Source: Bacteroides sp. (lineage in GTDB: Bacteria > Bacteroidota > Bacteroidia > Bacteroidales > Bacteroidaceae). From it: DNA of 32,000 nt. A program made the translations under genes and the position numbers. Below are positions 29,054 to 32,000 of the stretch, piece by piece; position 1 is the first letter of the stretch; each line of letters begins with the position of its first letter. Location: NCBI RefSeq assembly GCF_029057325.1, contig NZ_JAICZW010000015.1, positions 5,378 through 37,377 on the forward strand, written 5' to 3'. The notes below the pieces were generated by a model. That model was given only the letters and a program-made list of their open reading frames with translations, made no database searches and was not told the origin of the DNA.

Positions 29054-29452
29054 TTATTCCTTTGCCAGTTGCTTCACCTCTTCCCCTTCCTTCTCAAAGC
29101 GGTAGTTGCCGCCCCGTTCGCTCAATTCAAAGAGGGAGAGCTTTTCGGTGGCATTGTCCACAATCATCAGGGCGCTCTGTTCGGCGAAGCGGTTCACTTC
29201 GAGGACGAAGGGTTCTTCGGTGATGATCCGGTTCACCAGCAGGCTGTCGTTGATGTAGATGGAGGTGGAATCTCCGGCGAAGCCTTTCGTCAGTGTGATG
29301 GTATAGGTTTCGATGAAGTTGCGGTTTTCCGCTTTCTGTTGTTGCAGCCTCATGCTCATGTAGACAAAGATGACGACTACGAAAATCACGGCAAAGGCAA
29401 GGATGCCGTTGCCTATCATAAACTGTTTGTTGGTATTAAGACGATGTGCCAT
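29054..29452 (-). CDS. Hypothetical single-pass membrane protein (132 aa)
   Basis: ATG start. N-terminal TM segment (GILAFAVIFVVVIFVYM). A candidate -7 box TACATTTG (plus-strand CAAATGTA, 29478-29485) lies 26 nt upstream. No recognisable family. Confidence 0.5.
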   Translation of the reverse strand: MAHRLNTNKQFMIGNGILAFAVIFVVVIFVYMSMRLQQQKAENRNFIETYTITLTKGFAGDSTSIYINDSLLVNRIITEEPFVLEVNRFAEQSALMIVDNATEKLSLFELSERGGNYRFEKEGEEVKQLAKE

Positions 29453-29590
29453 ATACGGTTGGTTTTAAGAAACACTGCAAATGTAATGAATAAAATTGAA
29501 CCGGAGGATAAACATTTGAACAAATAGGAAAGAATGCTTTGAGGGTAATTCGCTAATATTGCGGTTGTAAAACAAATTGTTAAAGATACT

Positions 29591-31279
29591 ATGAAACTGA
29601 ATTTCATTTTTGGGCTCTTGTTTTCTGTAGTTGCATTGCAGATGAAAGGGGCTGGAGGAACCCCTGAAGGGCTTCCTCCGTTTGTTCGTTTTCCTGGGTT
29701 GGAGCAGGAAGTTTACATTACGCGTGATACGTGCAAAAGTGTAGAGGGACGTTTTCCCGGCTTCTCCCCTTTTTTCGTGATTTATCCGGACAAGCCGTGC
29801 GATGCTTCCGAAGCGGCGGCGTTGACGGATGAATTGGGTATTGCGTCCTATGCGCACACCTATTCGGGGACGGTCTGTGTGATGAACCCCTTGGGAAAGG
29901 AGTATGATGCGGTGAAGGATTTGGAAGCTTATAAGAATTTCCTGAACAAGATGCGTGTTTTTACTAATCTGAAGATAATCGGTATAGGTAAGGGGGCGAC
30001 GTTCGTTAATAGAACCATTGCCGGACATGCGGGTGCTGTTGCCGGTATCGTATCGCTGAATGGCCGACCGGCCAAGACGGCCGAGGGTGCCGCCCCCGTT
30101 CCTGCTTTTATTGCCGGAACACACAGTCGGCAGGTAGCGGCAGCCTATATCTTGCAGAATCAGGCGGAACCGGTGCGGAAAGAAGACGGGTTGGCTTGTT
30201 ATGCCAACCGGCAGGAGCCTCTACAGCAGGTTGTGGTGAGTGCAAACAAGTACATTTCCCTGAAAGAAGCTTTTGCGGAAGCTTGGAAGACTTTGCTTTG
30301 CAAGAACTACCGTTTCAACAATTACGAACATACTTGGTACACAGGAGCTCAATTCGACCAATATGGTACGTATGAGCTGGAGCCGTATATCATGCCCGAA
30401 GATTGGGGAATCACTCGTCGTGTGATGAAGAAAGACCTTATCGGTACAGGCGATTTCCTATGGTATGAATTCCATCCGGAAGCTACTTTGAAGGCAGAAA
30501 AGGCTTCTGTGCCGTTGTTGCTTTTGCTGCATGGCAACAACAATGATCCGCGTACGCAGGCTGAGACATCCGGTTTCATTGAGCTGGCGGCCGAGGAAAA
30601 CTTCATCGTTGCTGAACTGGAGTGGCAGGGCAACGGTTATGCTCCTATGGGGTTGGACGGCATCGAGCAGGTGGTGTATCATCTGTTGAAGACCTATCCG
30701 CAGATAGACCCTTCGCGGGTATATGCCGAAGGGCTTTCGGCAGGAGCCGCCACGGCTACGGGGCTCGGTATACGCAAGTCGCACGTGTTTGCCGCTGTGG
30801 GTGCCCAATCGGCTGGGCTGACCCCCGACCGGTATATGTTCGGCTACAATGGCGAAGCGCTGATGAACGAGGCGGTGCAGAAACGGGGCAGTGTGGAGAC
30901 CGCTTATTTCTCTGTGACGGGTACGGACGACGAAGTTGTGCCTTTTGTAAGCGAGAACAATTGGCGCACCAATGCCTTTTTCTGTGCCTGGACTGCCTAT
31001 CAGACCATGAACGGCATGGAGGTGAGCAGTCGACCTGACTTTTCGAAAGATGCCACCTTCGGCATAGCGCTGAAGGATAGGGAAGTGATTTCCACCAACA
31101 AGCGCGTCACGATGGAAGCGGGAGTGCTTTACAAGGGAAACATTCCGCTGATTAAAGTCGTGGCTGTGAATGACTACGGTCATTGGAACTTCAAGCCTGA
31201 CGCACGGTTGATGTGGGATTTCATGAAACAATTCTCCCGCGACCCGCAGACGAAGAAACTGGTTTATAACAAGCGATAA
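29591..31279 (+). CDS. Secreted alpha/beta-hydrolase esterase (PHB-depolymerase/LpqC-like family), 562 aa
   Basis: Signal peptide. The C-terminal half has LLLLHGNNND...IVAELEW and the nucleophile elbow GLSAG, followed by GTDD and H(W) candidate triad residues. Confidence 0.65.
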   Translation: MKLNFIFGLLFSVVALQMKGAGGTPEGLPPFVRFPGLEQEVYITRDTCKSVEGRFPGFSPFFVIYPDKPCDASEAAALTDELGIASYAHTYSGTVCVMNPLGKEYDAVKDLEAYKNFLNKMRVFTNLKIIGIGKGATFVNRTIAGHAGAVAGIVSLNGRPAKTAEGAAPVPAFIAGTHSRQVAAAYILQNQAEPVRKEDGLACYANRQEPLQQVVVSANKYISLKEAFAEAWKTLLCKNYRFNNYEHTWYTGAQFDQYGTYELEPYIMPEDWGITRRVMKKDLIGTGDFLWYEFHPEATLKAEKASVPLLLLLHGNNNDPRTQAETSGFIELAAEENFIVAELEWQGNGYAPMGLDGIEQVVYHLLKTYPQIDPSRVYAEGLSAGAATATGLGIRKSHVFAAVGAQSAGLTPDRYMFGYNGEALMNEAVQKRGSVETAYFSVTGTDDEVVPFVSENNWRTNAFFCAWTAYQTMNGMEVSSRPDFSKDATFGIALKDREVISTNKRVTMEAGVLYKGNIPLIKVVAVNDYGHWNFKPDARLMWDFMKQFSRDPQTKKLVYNKR

Positions 31280-31378
31280 TCGGCAACTTTTATCGGAAGT
31301 AATCTCTATGCAGGCCACGGCTCTTTCTTTTAAGGGAATTAGAGGGAGCCGTGGGTGCTGATAAGGGATGTACAAGGT

Positions 31379-32000
31379 TTATTGATACTCACTCGGATTT
31401 ATGCCGAATTGCTTTTTAAAGCAGGTAGAGAAGTGGGGAAGGGTATTGAAGCCGGTCATGTCCGCTATTTCGGAAATGGTATAGGTTCCTTCCTTGATTA
31501 GTTCGGCTGCGCGGTTCAGTTTATAAGTTCTGAAGAAAACGCTTGGATTCTTGCCGGTTAACCCTTTCACCTTGTAGTAAAATTTGGTACGGGAGATTTT
31601 GAGTAATTCGGCCATCCGCGTGATGTCCAGTTCCGGATTATCCAGTTCATTTTCCATTAGTTTATACAGTTCTGTCATGAAGGCCTCGTCTTTTGGGGTA
31701 AGGGCAAGTTCTTTCATCTGGCTTGTCCGGGTATTGTTCGTCAGGAAACTACGCATTTTATCACGGTTCGTCAATAGTGATTCAATCAGGGCCAGTAAGT
31801 AAGCCGGTTCAAAAGGTTTGGGCACGTATGCGTCTGCTCCGGTATGCAATCCTTCTATCTGGTTTTCCACAGTGGATTTGGCGGTTACCAGAATGACGGG
31901 TATGTGACAGAATTGCAGGTTTGTTTTAATCTCTTTGCAAAGCTGGTAACCGTCTTTGTCCGGCATCAGTACATCGCTCAGTATTAAATCCGGAGCTTCG
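31379..32000 (-). CDS. Hybrid two-component system regulator, C-terminal part (receiver domain plus AraC-type HTH); 5' end outside the window
   Basis: The reading frame continues past the listed Met to the window edge (...EAPDLILSDVLMPDKDGYQLC..., a classic receiver motif). C-terminal AraC HTH (ISEIADMTGFNTLPHFSTCFKKQFGINPSEY). Confidence 0.82.
   Translation of the reverse strand, partial: EAPDLILSDVLMPDKDGYQLCKEIKTNLQFCHIPVILVTAKSTVENQIEGLHTGADAYVPKPFEPAYLLALIESLLTNRDKMRSFLTNNTRTSQMKELALTPKDEAFMTELYKLMENELDNPELDITRMAELLKISRTKFYYKVKGLTGKNPSVFFRTYKLNRAAELIKEGTYTISEIADMTGFNTLPHFSTCFKKQFGINPSEYQ

Noticed and set aside
31315-31354. Hairpin (CCACGGCTC/GAGCCGTGG) between the convergent esterase and regulator genes as a terminator
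   Set aside because: It has a 9-bp stem but a 22-nt loop and no U-tract on either strand. It may still contribute to termination but cannot be supported as a canonical terminator.

Overview
This window looks like a Bacteroides-type (Bacteroidaceae) chromosome segment. The evidence is two SusC/SusD pairs, ECF-sigma/FecR control, a hybrid two-component regulator and TAnnTTTG -7 boxes. I support about 20 protein genes. I found no rRNA, tRNA, CRISPR, transposase, integrase or recognisable defence operon. Order: DNA methyltransferase 3' fragment cut by the edge; nitroreductase-family gene; aroK; speA; argB; an ECF sigma with a translationally coupled membrane protein; a stand-alone SusD/SusC pair (minus strand) behind a ~900-bp non-coding region; a DUF2807-like repeat lipoprotein; a YgjP-type metallopeptidase; an ECF-sigma/anti-sigma polysaccharide utilisation locus (PUL; SusC with STN domain, SusD, GH63-like glycosidase, GH2 beta-galactosidase, M28 peptidase); a small membrane protein; an esterase; and the 3' end of an AraC-type hybrid regulator. 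The most unusual content is non-coding. (1) An 86-bp array of four interrupted palindromes at an exact 22-bp phase occurs twice, in inverted orientation, at 1964-2049 and 23944-24029. (2) A GGAGTTA-rich inverted-repeat family sits just 3' of three stop codons, and one copy has the palindrome element nested inside it. (3) A perfect 21-bp (7-bp sub-unit) tandem repeat abuts the aroK start codon. (4) A 19-bp perfect inverted repeat plus four 11-bp-phased CCGAAGAA repeats lie far upstream of the orphan susC. The best protein-level lead is the enzyme combination in the ECF-linked PUL, which suggests a glycopeptide substrate. All product names come from reading motifs in the translations. No database search was run.
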